This document shows positions 9,384-19,293 of a stretch of DNA of 64,000 bases, piece by piece. The notes under the pieces were generated by a model that was not told the DNA's origin, searched no databases, and worked only from the letters and a program-made list of their open reading frames with translations. This stretch comes from an uncultured Lentisphaerota bacterium (GTDB lineage Bacteria > Verrucomicrobiota > Kiritimatiellia > RFP12 > UBA1067). The position numbers and the translations under genes are program-made. The stretch spans positions 320-64,319 of the forward strand of contig ONVK01000009.1 in assembly GCA_900321255.1 (NCBI GenBank). The letters run 5' to 3'. Every line of letters starts with the position of its first letter. The stretch's first letter is position 1.

Positions 9384-11228
9384 TTAAAGCGTCATGCGGT
9401 CGATGTCGGGCGCCCAGGCGGAGCCGTTGGAGACGCGGATTGCATGAACACCCTCGGAAAGCTCGACTTCAAGCGGAACGTCGACGAACTTGCCATCGGT
9501 CGCCGGCGCGTCGACCCTGACCTTCTCCCCTCCGTCGACCTGGACGAAGAAGTGCCACGCGTCAGGTGCCATGCAGCGGAACACGAGCGTGCGCTTTCCG
9601 CCGCGGTCGATCTTTACGTTCTTCCATATGAGATCGTTCGTCTCGCGGTTGCCGATACACGCGACCGCAACATCTCCCGATGCTCCGGCGAACTCGGAAG
9701 GAAACGCCGTGCCCGACTGCCTGGCATCGCGAAGCTCCTGATATTCGGAGAGGAACGCAGTCTCGGCCTCGTAAACGGTGCGTTCGAGGCGCTTTTCCGC
9801 GTCGAAGCGGAAGAACCTGGCGGAATGCGGACGCAGGCTGAGCGTGAAGCGATCATTGAAGCTGCCGGGGTCGGCACGTTCGACAAGGTCGAAGACCTCC
9901 ACTTCGCCGCCAAGGTCGAGCGTGCTTGACTCCACCGTGAATTCAAGCGACTCGTCCGAAAGGTTCAGGAGCGCGACATAGCGCGACTTGCCGAAGCGCT
10001 CCACGGCGTCCTTCACAAGAACATACCCGTCCTTTCCGACGCGCTGCGCGACATACGCCTGAAGACCGAGGTCGTTCTGGCTCATCGCGAGGAGATAGGG
10101 GTTGGTGATCAGATCCATAGTCTGCCCGGGGATCGTGCGCACATCGCAGCCGACGAGCAGCGGGGACGAAAGAATGCACCACGTGCCGAAATGAAGCGTC
10201 TCCTCGTCGGCGGTAAAGCCCTCGTCGCCCTTTCCGAAGGCAGTTTTGACGTGCCCCTTGAGATGACCCACCTCAAGCATGTCCATGTCGTTGTACGCGC
10301 CGGGCTTCGCATACGGCGAAAGGTAAAGGTTTTCCTTGACGATGCCCTTGAGCGAATTCCAGTTCGCGCGGATGTCGCCGGTCGTGCGCCAGGACTCCGC
10401 GATGTCCGCAGCCCATGCGCCAGGGAACGCCCAGCGGCAGAGGTTGAGGCGGACGTCGGTGCGTCCCGTCGCCTTGATCGCCTCGGATATCTCGGTGTAG
10501 CGCCGGCGTTCGTCGAGTCTCAGGCGCGATCCGCCGCAGTAGTCGACCTTTATGAAGTCGAAGCCGAGATCGACGAAGTGCAGCTTGCAGTCCGCCGCGT
10601 CGTGCCCGTAGAGCCCGCCACCTTTGCCGCCCTTGTCGTAGTTGCCCTTGGCGTCCTTCCACATGCTGCCGCACGTATCGGCGCCCGCATCGGAGTAGAT
10701 GCCGGCCTTGAGCCCGACCGCGTGGATTCCGTCGACGACCGGCTTCATCCCGTTGGGGAACCGGTTCGGGTTGAACCTGAGGATGCCGTCGTCGCCGTGG
10801 CCCCAGAAGAAGCCGTCGTCGATGTTGACGTAGGTATAGCCCGCCGCCTTGAGCCCGTTGGTCGCCATGGCTCTCGCCGTTTCGAGGATGACGTCTTCGG
10901 ATATTTCGCAGCCGAACGTGTTCCAGCTCGACCAGCCCATCAGCGGGCGGATCTTCGGGTCGCTCGTGGGGGGAATCTTCGCGGCGTCGAGAAGCCGGGC
11001 AGCGCGCGCGGCGACGTCCTCGCGCTTCGCTCCCTCAAGACGGCTTAGGTTGACGTACGCCTTGCCCGCGGCAAGATCGACGCGGATGCGCTTGTCGCAC
11101 TTCGGGCAGTCGCGGTACTCTACGCGCGGGTCGACGCCGGAAGGCGTGGACTCGACGATGTCGGCGAAAGATGCCTGCGCCCCGGCGAGGGGAATCGCAA
11201 GCGCCATGCAGAAGTTAATTTTTTTCAT
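9384..11228 (-). CDS. GH27 alpha-galactosidase / alpha-N-acetylgalactosaminidase with a C-terminal CBM6/35-like beta-sandwich
   Basis: Motifs LMGWSSWNTFGCEI, YVNIDDGFF and DFIKVDYCGG. C-terminal module begins VYEAETAF. Signal peptide MKKINFCMALAIPLAGAQASFA starts at ATG 11228; the track start is 11312. Confidence 0.85.
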   Translation of the reverse strand: MKKINFCMALAIPLAGAQASFADIVESTPSGVDPRVEYRDCPKCDKRIRVDLAAGKAYVNLSRLEGAKREDVAARAARLLDAAKIPPTSDPKIRPLMGWSSWNTFGCEISEDVILETARAMATNGLKAAGYTYVNIDDGFFWGHGDDGILRFNPNRFPNGMKPVVDGIHAVGLKAGIYSDAGADTCGSMWKDAKGNYDKGGKGGGLYGHDAADCKLHFVDLGFDFIKVDYCGGSRLRLDERRRYTEISEAIKATGRTDVRLNLCRWAFPGAWAADIAESWRTTGDIRANWNSLKGIVKENLYLSPYAKPGAYNDMDMLEVGHLKGHVKTAFGKGDEGFTADEETLHFGTWCILSSPLLVGCDVRTIPGQTMDLITNPYLLAMSQNDLGLQAYVAQRVGKDGYVLVKDAVERFGKSRYVALLNLSDESLEFTVESSTLDLGGEVEVFDLVERADPGSFNDRFTLSLRPHSARFFRFDAEKRLERTVYEAETAFLSEYQELRDARQSGTAFPSEFAGASGDVAVACIGNRETNDLIWKNVKIDRGGKRTLVFRCMAPDAWHFFVQVDGGEKVRVDAPATDGKFVDVPLEVELSEGVHAIRVSNGSAWAPDIDRMTL

Positions 11229-11312
11229 AACCATTAGCCAATGCTTCTTATGATATGTCAAACTACACATTATTCCGTATAGTTGTCTGTCGCAATCCTC
11301 TCCATGGCGCAT

Positions 11313-11321
11313 ATTATACCA
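11313..11321 (-). promoter_or_regulatory. Extended -10 promoter TTTGGTATAAT for the GH27 gene
   Basis: Minus strand reads GGATTTGGTATAATATGCGCC. It lies downstream of the terminator of the giant gene. Confidence 0.45.
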
Positions 11322-11356
11322 AATCCACGGTTGTCATGAAAGCGACCGATGGCGTC

Positions 11357-11402
11357 CGAAAACAAAGGCGAGGGGCCGCGAAAACGCAGCCCCTCCCCTT
11401 TG
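11357..11402 (-). terminator. Intrinsic terminator of the 1628-aa protein gene
   Basis: Minus strand reads CAAAGGGGAGGGGC-TGCGTTTTCGCG-GCCCCTCGCCTTTG followed by TTTTCGG. The stem is long, GC-rich and nearly perfect. Confidence 0.65.
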
Positions 11403-11435
11403 TGTCGTAACTTCAGCAGCTCAATCGCCAGCTTG

Positions 11436-14400
11436 TTATTCAATCACGGGCTTGTAGAAGAGTGCACCAGACTTCTCGAGCTTCAGCGTTGCGGTGTTGC
11501 CCTCGCTGAAGTCATCGTCCGAGATCGTAGCGGAAGCCTTGGTCTCGAATTGGCCACCGAGCTGCATGGCACCCGTCAACTTCAGCGTGCCGTTGATGGC
11601 CTGGCTCACTTTACCCTCACGCGTCAGCGTCACCGTAACCACCGCGCATTCCGTCTCGTTCACCGTCTCGAAGCCGAAGCCCGTTACGTTGAAGGTGTAG
11701 GAGAACGTGCCCGTGATGTCGAGGTTGAGGAGATACGCCGCCGTGAACTGCGCCGAAGAAAGCTCCGCCAGGCGCGCCGCGACCGTCAACTTCACACCGA
11801 ACTGGTTGAGCCAGGTGGCCTGTGCCGCCGTAAGCGTCGCCGTGCCGTCGGAGAGCGTAACTTCGTCATTCTCGACGAAGCCTTCTGGCACCGGAGCATC
11901 CTCGTAGCTGCCCTCGACGGAGGACACCGTACCGGAACCGACGAAGTCGATCTGCTGGACAGGGGTGGCATTGTTCTGGTTGGCAAACGCAATCGTCGTG
12001 GATCCGCCGACGGAGAGCTCATTTGTCGTCGCGCCGCTTACAATCGATGCCGTATAGGTCTTGTTCGTAAGGTCGAGGACAAACAAGACGTTGTAGTCCG
12101 TTTCGACAGCAGGCGTGAAGCCTGTCGCGTTCTTCCACGTCGCAGCCGAGCCCTCGTAGGTGTAGAGCTGGAACACGTATGTGCCTTCCGTCTCGCCCGC
12201 TCCGAGCCTGATTGCCGCTTTTGCTCCTTCATACCCATCCTCGTCGTCGTTTACGTCGTCGAAGCTGAGCGTCATAGCAACCGTGACAAGCTGTCCGGCG
12301 GACGCCGTGCGGTTCGAATAAGTAGCGCCGTCCGAAATAGTAACCTTGTCGTCGCCGAGCTCAGCACCTCCCGTCCATGTACCGGTATAGTCCCAGTAGC
12401 CCGGAGCGGCATACATCCAGCCATTGTCCCTCCGGACGGTATACGTTCCATCGCCGTTGTTCAGGATTTCGTATCCGCTGGAGACGTACTGGCTGACATC
12501 CATGTTGAACGTACCGCCGGTGACACGCTGGTTTTTATCGTCATAGTAAAACACGCGAGACGCACCCACCGTAACAATTCCGCCGCTGACATTGACCGTA
12601 TTTCCCTGGAAGCCGAAACACGTAGATACGATTTCACCGCCTGTCATATTGATATTGCCTGAATAATTCATAACGCAGGAGTTAGACGTACTGCTACCGC
12701 AGATCAGCTTGCCACCATTGATGTTAACAGCACGGGTGCCTTCAGTCTGATTATTCCATATCCAGATCGGAACATCATCGGACTGAAGCGTTCCCGCATT
12801 AATAGTGACTGTGCAGGGGTCGCCAGTTAGAATAACCTTCGCCGCGGTTACCGCCTTACCCGTCTTACCCTCGCTCGTGTCCGTAATCGTGAAGGAGGAT
12901 CCGCCCCGAGGCTGGAACATCTGGGTGCCTTCCGCACCCGTCACGGTAAATCCGTTCAAGTCAAGCGTCAGGTTCTTCGTGACGGGAATCAACCCACCAA
13001 GAGAGTTGTTGGCAACAACCTTGATGGTATCGCCAGCCACTGCGGCGGCAAATGCGGCAGCGACGGAGGGATATTCCGTATCACCGATTTGAGCGACCGT
13101 AGGCCCAGCGGTGACTGTAGCCTGAAGGACGACATTCGCCGCACCGACCACTACTGTGTACTTGCCATCAACCTGGGTGAGAGTTTCGTTGTTGCAAGTT
13201 ACGACAAGGTCTATATAGCCATCAACAGGTGTCACGGTGAACACAAGAATATCACCTTCGTCCACCTGCTGAGCGACAACGGGCGTACCGCTTTCGACTG
13301 GCGCACCGTTTGTCGTTGCCCCTTCCGCGTAGGCAAACGTCACGTTCGAGCCGCCAACGGATAGCATCAGGAAACGATACATGTAGTATGTCTTAGTCCC
13401 ATTTCCGTTATCGCGTGTGCCGCCCGTGTAGCCACTTAGAGGCCTGACAGAAGCGGGCGTCTTGTCGGAGGGGAACGTAAGTTCGGCGTCTGCGGACTGG
13501 AACACGAACTGATTGCCCACGGTCAACGTCGCATCAAGGGTAAGCTCAGCCGAACCGGTGAGATAAATCTTCCCGGAACCCGTTACAGACGTTCCCTGCG
13601 CATCACCCGCGAGCGTATAGGACTTTGCAACCGTAACATCGGAGTTGAGCGTCACTGCCGTGCCGACGAGCGTCAGCGTGTCGTCATCATCAACTGCGGC
13701 AAAGGCTGTCGCAAGGTCGCTATAAGGCGTTGTGCCGATGTACGCAACAGCCGCCGCAACCTGTGTCGACTCGCTAGGATCGAATGTCGTTGCCGAAGCC
13801 GTATTGATCGTGTATTCGGTCGTGCCGGATATCGCATAACCGGCAGCCGCTTCGTACGTTACCGTGACCACGGAATCATTCGGAACGCTGTATTCACCTG
13901 CCGCCGTGCCGATGGTGTCGTCGCCAATCTTGACCGTCACCGTCGCATTGGCGACAGCAGGAACAGTAATCGTAATCTTATTCGGATCGTCAATATAGAT
14001 TCCGTCGGTTCTGACTTCAAAAGCAACAGCCGTGCCGTTAGTGAGAACGGCTCCGTTCACCGTGAACGCACCCGCAACGAGCAACTCGCCTTCCGCAACA
14101 GACTCGGAGGTCAGCACGTTAAGCGTGCCATTCTGCCCGATCTCGACTGTACCGTTAGAGCCCCAGTTGATGCCTTCGTTGAACTCGACAGTACCGGCAG
14201 ACACCAGCAACTTGCCCTTGGTCGTCGCCGTCTTGGCAAGAATCATCTTGCCTTCGCCCGTCTTGTTGAGCGTTCCAACTCCAGAACCGGAGAGGACGGC
14301 ATTGACCGTCAATGTCTCTCCGCTGCCGACATTGATTGCCGTTGTCGTGCCCTGGTTTATGATGGTGCCGCCGTCCTTCGCATTGGCAATAGTCACCGCA

Positions 14401-16322
14401 CTGGCACCCGTATCAATCGCCCCACCGGCAAGATTGATGTTGCCGCCGTTGCTGCTGTTGCTGAAATCAATGCCGCCAGCGCCAAGATTGAGCGTTCCGT
14501 TGGCCATAATGTTCAAGGTTCCGGCGCCAGCATGGCCGTTGCCGCCGTTGACAATGCCGTAGACATTGACCTGGGCCGCCGAATCCCCACCGCCGATCTG
14601 CCACGTTGCCGTTCCGTCCCAGCCCAGGCGGGAGGCAACATTGTTGGCTGTGAACGTGCCGCCCAATGTCTTTAGGGTCGCCGTTGCGCCGCTACCCCAG
14701 TGTCCAAGCAGAATCGAAGCCTGGTTGGAGGTCGGTGCGGCGGAACCTGTTACCGTAATTGTTCCTCCGTTCTGGTTGACCGTCTGCGTTACGCCGCCGT
14801 TGTTGCCGAGGACAAAGCGCGCGGCGGAAATGTCCGCACCGGTGTTGATGTTGATCGTCTTTGAGCCAACGACATTGAAGCCATTGTCGGCGAATGTCGC
14901 CTTCTGGGCAATCGAAATGTCTGCACACTGATTGGCGGTTGAAATCTGCGGGAATGATGTCAAGGCCTCAGTACCGGAAACGTAGATTTTATCGGCAGAT
15001 GTGGTTGTCTGAACAGTCTGAGGTATAGCCTCAAAGTCAGTAAATGTATGATTGGCATAGTTGTTCGGACATGAGAAATATGGTATGTCAACTGTTACGC
15101 CTGCACTACGCTTGATATTGGCGGCCCAACCTCCCGGAAGAACAATCTTGGCGGCCTGGACATTTTCATCAAATACAAGAGTTCCTGCATTGGAAGTATT
15201 GTCGATGGTTATCGTGGGCACCGCACTGTTGATCCAACCTGCAGGCTTAACGTTAGACCACAAAAGCTCGGTTCCATTGACAAGCGTGACAGTAGCATCA
15301 ACCGGCTTTGAAACAGTGACTTTGATGCCTGTATCGTCATAAACAACTGGCTCAAACGCATAGCCGTCAGCAAGCGTCGGAAGCGTCACCGCTGGATTAG
15401 ACGCGGAAGAGATTTTACCCGAAACAAGGACTGTCTCCGCCGTGGTCGCATCCCCGCTCGGCATGGCAAACGTAACGTCCGAAGCATCAATAGTCGTGGT
15501 CGCCGGGAGATAGAGGTAGGTCGCGGAAAGAGAATCGGCAAGTTTAAGCGTGGTCGCCTGCCCGACAACGGTAAGCGTGGGAACGGCCGCGCCAGAAGCT
15601 ACATTGACAGCGCCATCCGCGACAGCGCCTTTGACAAAGACCGGGTTGCTACCTGTCGCAAGGTTCACGCCTTCGCTAGTCGTCGTAAGCACAGTAGACG
15701 TTGCCTCACTTACAGCAAAGTCGCATCTGATGCTATAACGACCATCAGTCATCACACATACTGTAGTATCAGATGTTTTCGCAGAGCCATGCCAGGTTCC
15801 AGTGAAACGGGCCTGAACGCCGTCTCCAGACAGCACGTCACCAACAGACAACCCTGAAATACTCGTTGCGAAGTAATAGTGATACTGGGCATTGGGCGAT
15901 ATAGTCAAGCCAGTAAAAGCAAATGTGGACGAACCGCTTGCAGTCCACTTCTCTCCTGCCGCACTGATACCTACAATAACTTTCTGCGGTGTTGTAACAA
16001 CGAGATACGGATCGGGCTCATTGGAACCACCATTGCCAATTGTAGCATTGCCATGGCCTGAACTATGCCAATACACTTTAATTGAATCAAGGGACACAGA
16101 ATCAGCCGTAGAGGCGACATCATCGCCTGAAACATTGAACATCCACGTCGCATTCAACTGGAAACGCTGATAGCCAGCATTGCCATAAGCTCCATCTCGT
16201 GGCGTATCCACATCATCCTTGTATGTCGAATACGTTGATGTTGCCGCCATTGCCGCGAGCGGCAGTGCGAGTGCGAATGCTGCGAAGAGACGTGCAGCGG
16301 CCCAGTTGAACAGTTTACTCAT
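11436..16322 (-). CDS. Giant secreted protein (1628 aa) with PATR-like (autotransporter-associated) beta-strand repeats, a beta-helix-like segment and a C-terminal jelly-roll module
   Basis: Signal peptide MSKLFNWAAARLFAAFALALPLAAMA with a GGAGG SD at ATG 16322; the track start is 16403. The protein is Thr/Gly/Ala/Val-rich. PATR-like stretch ...GTLNKTGEGKMILAKTATTKGKLLVSAGTVEF. Beta-helix cap-like motifs YPSVAAAFAAAVAGDTIKV. No recognisable membrane or cell-wall anchor. Confidence 0.8.
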   Translation of the reverse strand: MSKLFNWAAARLFAAFALALPLAAMAATSTYSTYKDDVDTPRDGAYGNAGYQRFQLNATWMFNVSGDDVASTADSVSLDSIKVYWHSSGHGNATIGNGGSNEPDPYLVVTTPQKVIVGISAAGEKWTASGSSTFAFTGLTISPNAQYHYYFATSISGLSVGDVLSGDGVQARFTGTWHGSAKTSDTTVCVMTDGRYSIRCDFAVSEATSTVLTTTSEGVNLATGSNPVFVKGAVADGAVNVASGAAVPTLTVVGQATTLKLADSLSATYLYLPATTTIDASDVTFAMPSGDATTAETVLVSGKISSASNPAVTLPTLADGYAFEPVVYDDTGIKVTVSKPVDATVTLVNGTELLWSNVKPAGWINSAVPTITIDNTSNAGTLVFDENVQAAKIVLPGGWAANIKRSAGVTVDIPYFSCPNNYANHTFTDFEAIPQTVQTTTSADKIYVSGTEALTSFPQISTANQCADISIAQKATFADNGFNVVGSKTININTGADISAARFVLGNNGGVTQTVNQNGGTITVTGSAAPTSNQASILLGHWGSGATATLKTLGGTFTANNVASRLGWDGTATWQIGGGDSAAQVNVYGIVNGGNGHAGAGTLNIMANGTLNLGAGGIDFSNSSNGGNINLAGGAIDTGASAVTIANAKDGGTIINQGTTTAINVGSGETLTVNAVLSGSGVGTLNKTGEGKMILAKTATTKGKLLVSAGTVEFNEGINWGSNGTVEIGQNGTLNVLTSESVAEGELLVAGAFTVNGAVLTNGTAVAFEVRTDGIYIDDPNKITITVPAVANATVTVKIGDDTIGTAAGEYSVPNDSVVTVTYEAAAGYAISGTTEYTINTASATTFDPSESTQVAAAVAYIGTTPYSDLATAFAAVDDDDTLTLVGTAVTLNSDVTVAKSYTLAGDAQGTSVTGSGKIYLTGSAELTLDATLTVGNQFVFQSADAELTFPSDKTPASVRPLSGYTGGTRDNGNGTKTYYMYRFLMLSVGGSNVTFAYAEGATTNGAPVESGTPVVAQQVDEGDILVFTVTPVDGYIDLVVTCNNETLTQVDGKYTVVVGAANVVLQATVTAGPTVAQIGDTEYPSVAAAFAAAVAGDTIKVVANNSLGGLIPVTKNLTLDLNGFTVTGAEGTQMFQPRGGSSFTITDTSEGKTGKAVTAAKVILTGDPCTVTINAGTLQSDDVPIWIWNNQTEGTRAVNINGGKLICGSSTSNSCVMNYSGNINMTGGEIVSTCFGFQGNTVNVSGGIVTVGASRVFYYDDKNQRVTGGTFNMDVSQYVSSGYEILNNGDGTYTVRRDNGWMYAAPGYWDYTGTWTGGAELGDDKVTISDGATYSNRTASAGQLVTVAMTLSFDDVNDDEDGYEGAKAAIRLGAGETEGTYVFQLYTYEGSAATWKNATGFTPAVETDYNVLFVLDLTNKTYTASIVSGATTNELSVGGSTTIAFANQNNATPVQQIDFVGSGTVSSVEGSYEDAPVPEGFVENDEVTLSDGTATLTAAQATWLNQFGVKLTVAARLAELSSAQFTAAYLLNLDITGTFSYTFNVTGFGFETVNETECAVVTVTLTREGKVSQAINGTLKLTGAMQLGGQFETKASATISDDDFSEGNTATLKLEKSGALFYKPVIE

Positions 16323-16425
16323 TGTATCTTCCCTCCGTTTCGTATGATGTGTGCAGAGCTTCGCCCGCGACGACACCCAATTAATCACGCACACAAGACA
16401 CACGCCCTGCGCTTATGACACCATT

Positions 16426-16454
16426 ATTGTACCAAAAAACACCTTCCCCCACAA
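16426..16454 (-). promoter_or_regulatory. Promoter of the 1628-aa gene (TTGTGG-N17-TGGTACAAT)
   Basis: Minus strand reads CCCCCTTGTGGGGGAAGGTGTTTTTTGGTACAAT. The -35 lies in the loop of the panB terminator hairpin. Confidence 0.45.
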
Positions 16455-16459
16455 GGGGG
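16434..16459 (-). terminator. Intrinsic terminator after panB
   Basis: Minus strand reads CCCCC-TTGT-GGGGG followed by AAGGTGTTTTTTGG. Confidence 0.6.
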
Positions 16460-16468
16460 ACGCACAAC

Positions 16469-17242
16469 TCAATTCGGGAACTTCCCGTCGGCGACTTCCT
16501 TCGCATACGCGGCAAATGCGCCGCGCACGGTCGTCGCGAGGTCGGCGTACTTCTTCACGAACGACGGCACCTTCTCGTTGAGCCCGAGAAGGTCGTGCAT
16601 AACAAGCCACTGCGCGTCGCACACAGGTCCCGCGCCGATTCCAACCGTGACGATCTTGAGCGCCGCCGTGATCTCGGCCGCGAGCTCGGACGGGATGCAC
16701 TCGAGCGTTACCGCAAACGCGCCCGCCTCCTCGACGGCCTTCGCGTCCGCAAGCACCTTCTCCGCCGCCTCGCGCGTCTTGCCCTGCTTCCTGAAGCCGC
16801 CGTACTCGTTGACGAACGTCGGCATCATGCCGACATGGGCGAGAACGGGGATGCCCGCCGTCGAGAGCCGGCGGATGAGCCCGCACACCGACGCTCCGCC
16901 CTCGAGCTTCACAGCGTCCGCGCCGGCCTTTATGATCGCGACGGCGTTCTTCACCGCCTCGTCGTCCCCGCACTGGTAGGAGCCGAACGGCATGTCGCCT
17001 ACGACCATCGCATCCTTGGCGCCGCGCGCGACAGCCGCGACCGCGGCAAGCGTGTCGGACATGTTCACGGGAAGAGTCGTCTCGTATCCGAGGCAGTTCA
17101 TCCCCAGCGAGTCGCCGACGAGGATGATCGGCACCCCCGCCTCGTCCGCCAGACGCGCGAAACACGTGTCGTACGCCGTGCAGCAGCCGAGTTTCGTCTT
17201 TCCCTTCGCGGCCCTCACGGCCGCAACGTTCCACTTCTTCAT
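16469..17242 (-). CDS. panB: 3-methyl-2-oxobutanoate hydroxymethyltransferase
   Basis: 257 aa with KLGCCTAYDTCFARLADEAGVPIILVGDSLGMN, VVGDMPFGSYQ and VKLEGG. Confidence 0.9.
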   Translation of the reverse strand: MKKWNVAAVRAAKGKTKLGCCTAYDTCFARLADEAGVPIILVGDSLGMNCLGYETTLPVNMSDTLAAVAAVARGAKDAMVVGDMPFGSYQCGDDEAVKNAVAIIKAGADAVKLEGGASVCGLIRRLSTAGIPVLAHVGMMPTFVNEYGGFRKQGKTREAAEKVLADAKAVEEAGAFAVTLECIPSELAAEITAALKIVTVGIGAGPVCDAQWLVMHDLLGLNEKVPSFVKKYADLATTVRGAFAAYAKEVADGKFPN

Positions 17243-19290
17243 TTTGACTTTTCCCCCTTGTCCTTCGCCGCTTCGTCATCCGGCTCGACGTGTATCTTGA
17301 CCATGCGCGTCTGCGAAAGGCGGCGCACCGCGAAGACGAGATCCTTTTTGCCCTTGACCTTCGCCGCGAAGTCCTTCGCGCCCGTCACCTTCTCGCCGTT
17401 GACTTCGGTGACGAGCTCGTATTCGCCGAGACCGGCCACGTCCGCGGGCGAGCCCGGCTTCACCTTGGCGATGACGATGCCAGGCGCCTTTTCGTCGAAC
17501 TTGAAGAACCGGCGCACCTCGAACGTCATGTCGCGGACCGAGAGACCGAGCGTGCGGTTGCGGGCCTTCGGCGCGTTCTTGTAGTGGACGGGCGCGGACT
17601 CGAGGACGACCGGCGCCTCGCAGCGCCTGCCGTCTCGCGCGTACACGATCGTCACCTTCGCTCCCGCGCCGAATTCGGTCATAAGCGTGTTGAGGGAGTT
17701 CTCGACATCCGGCCACGGGGTGGACGACGAATACGAATAGTCGTAGTCCGCCTCGAGAGGACGCTCCTTCTCGCTTCCGCGCCTGACGGCGAGCAGAATG
17801 TCGCCGGCCTTGATACCCGCCTTCGCCGCGGGGGAGCCGGGATACACCTCCGTCACGTAGGGCGGCCTCGAATATTCCTTTATGAAGCTCTGCGCCTTCT
17901 TTTCGCGCGCGAGGGCGTCGGTCAGGCGGACCGCCTCCGTACCGAGCCAGACAAAGCGGTTGCGCTCCTCCTCCTTGCGGGGCATGAACTCCGGGTTGAA
18001 GCATTCGCCCGCGACGAAGCGCGCAAGATCGGCCGCCGTCACCGGCTCCACGTCGTGCCGCGACCAGCGGCGCGCCGAGAACCTGCGCGCGAGCGAGAAC
18101 ACAGCGATGCCGCCGTCATCGTCGAGGACAAACGCCTTCGTGAGACCCGTCGGCATGTCGTCGTCGTAATCCCTGTCCGGACGCCATTCCCCGACGCTCG
18201 GGACAAAACCCGCCCCGCGCACGAACTTAACGCCGGCGAACCGGCGGCGCGTCGCGGTAGTTACGATCCGGCCGTTCTCGTTCTCGGCGGTCATGATCCA
18301 CGCGATGCGATTGTCGAAATCCTCCGCTGCGGTCTTTGCGGACGAAAGCGGGGAGACCCTGCCCTTGAAGTCGTCAGGGATGTCGAACACCATCGCGTTC
18401 CACTCGGCGAGCGCGCCGACGAACACGAGATTCGTCTTCGACCCGTCGGGGAACGACGCCTCGACCCTGCCGAGCCGCGATATCTTCTCGCCGTTGAGAT
18501 CGGACGGCACGACAACGCGTCCATCGACCGCAAAACCAAGCGCGTCGATCTCGTTCGACCCCGCGTCGTCGTCGTAGCGCGAATAGCGGCGCGGGGAATT
18601 CTCCTTGTCGACGGGGTTTAGGTGGATCACGATGCCGAGCAGCGCGGAGGAGAGCCGGTCCTCCATGCGCTTCGCCGACTTTTCGTATTCATCCGCCGGA
18701 AGGCGCGTCCATTCCTTGGGCTGGACATATTCGAACTTGCCGTCTGGGATCTCGAACCGCGCGCCGAAGTCGAGCCAAACGGGATTGCGGTCCTTGTCGA
18801 CGTAGAGGGCGTTCGAGACGCCCTTTCTGAACACGCGCCCGGTAGAGGCCACGACGGCCACGGAATCGTTCGTCCCAACGCCGGAGGCCGAAACGGCAAG
18901 CGTGTCTCCGCTCCATTTCCAGACGAGTTTCTCGACGGGATCGCCCTTCCTGAACTCGAGCGCCCTCACGCCCTTGAGGGGACGCCCCGCCTTCAGCACG
19001 ACGGCGTCCTGCCCTTCGATGCGCGCGACCTCGGTCGCAGGCACCTTGTCGCCCCTGAACCAGAGCTCAATGCGGTCGAGGTGCTTCGCCCTTACGAGCG
19101 GATCGGCGATGAGAAACTCGTCCTCCGAGATCGCGAACGCGGGGAAGCGCTTCGGCTTCGCGAGCTCGGAGATTTCGTCGCCCCTCCCGCGCTCGTCCTT
19201 CTTGTACCAGTAGGCGGCGAGAGCGACGGAGGAAAGCTTGTCAGACGGAACTGCTGCGGCGAGCAGCGACGCGGCTATTACGGAAAGCAT
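17239..19290 (-). CDS. Secreted HtrA-like protein with degenerate (apparently inactive) protease region and two C-terminal PDZ domains
   Basis: Signal peptide MLSVIAASLLAAAV. PDZ motifs YPGSPAAKAGIKAGDILLAV and VKPGSPADVAGLGEYELVTEVNGEKV. By eye, IADPLV aligns to the HtrA TNHHVV box, DAVVLKA to DIALLKL, and GTNDSVAVV to GNSGGPLV. Under that alignment the catalytic His and Ser are not conserved. Confidence 0.65.
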   Translation of the reverse strand: MLSVIAASLLAAAVPSDKLSSVALAAYWYKKDERGRGDEISELAKPKRFPAFAISEDEFLIADPLVRAKHLDRIELWFRGDKVPATEVARIEGQDAVVLKAGRPLKGVRALEFRKGDPVEKLVWKWSGDTLAVSASGVGTNDSVAVVASTGRVFRKGVSNALYVDKDRNPVWLDFGARFEIPDGKFEYVQPKEWTRLPADEYEKSAKRMEDRLSSALLGIVIHLNPVDKENSPRRYSRYDDDAGSNEIDALGFAVDGRVVVPSDLNGEKISRLGRVEASFPDGSKTNLVFVGALAEWNAMVFDIPDDFKGRVSPLSSAKTAAEDFDNRIAWIMTAENENGRIVTTATRRRFAGVKFVRGAGFVPSVGEWRPDRDYDDDMPTGLTKAFVLDDDGGIAVFSLARRFSARRWSRHDVEPVTAADLARFVAGECFNPEFMPRKEEERNRFVWLGTEAVRLTDALAREKKAQSFIKEYSRPPYVTEVYPGSPAAKAGIKAGDILLAVRRGSEKERPLEADYDYSYSSSTPWPDVENSLNTLMTEFGAGAKVTIVYARDGRRCEAPVVLESAPVHYKNAPKARNRTLGLSVRDMTFEVRRFFKFDEKAPGIVIAKVKPGSPADVAGLGEYELVTEVNGEKVTGAKDFAAKVKGKKDLVFAVRRLSQTRMVKIHVEPDDEAAKDKGEKSK

Positions 19291-19293
19291 GTG

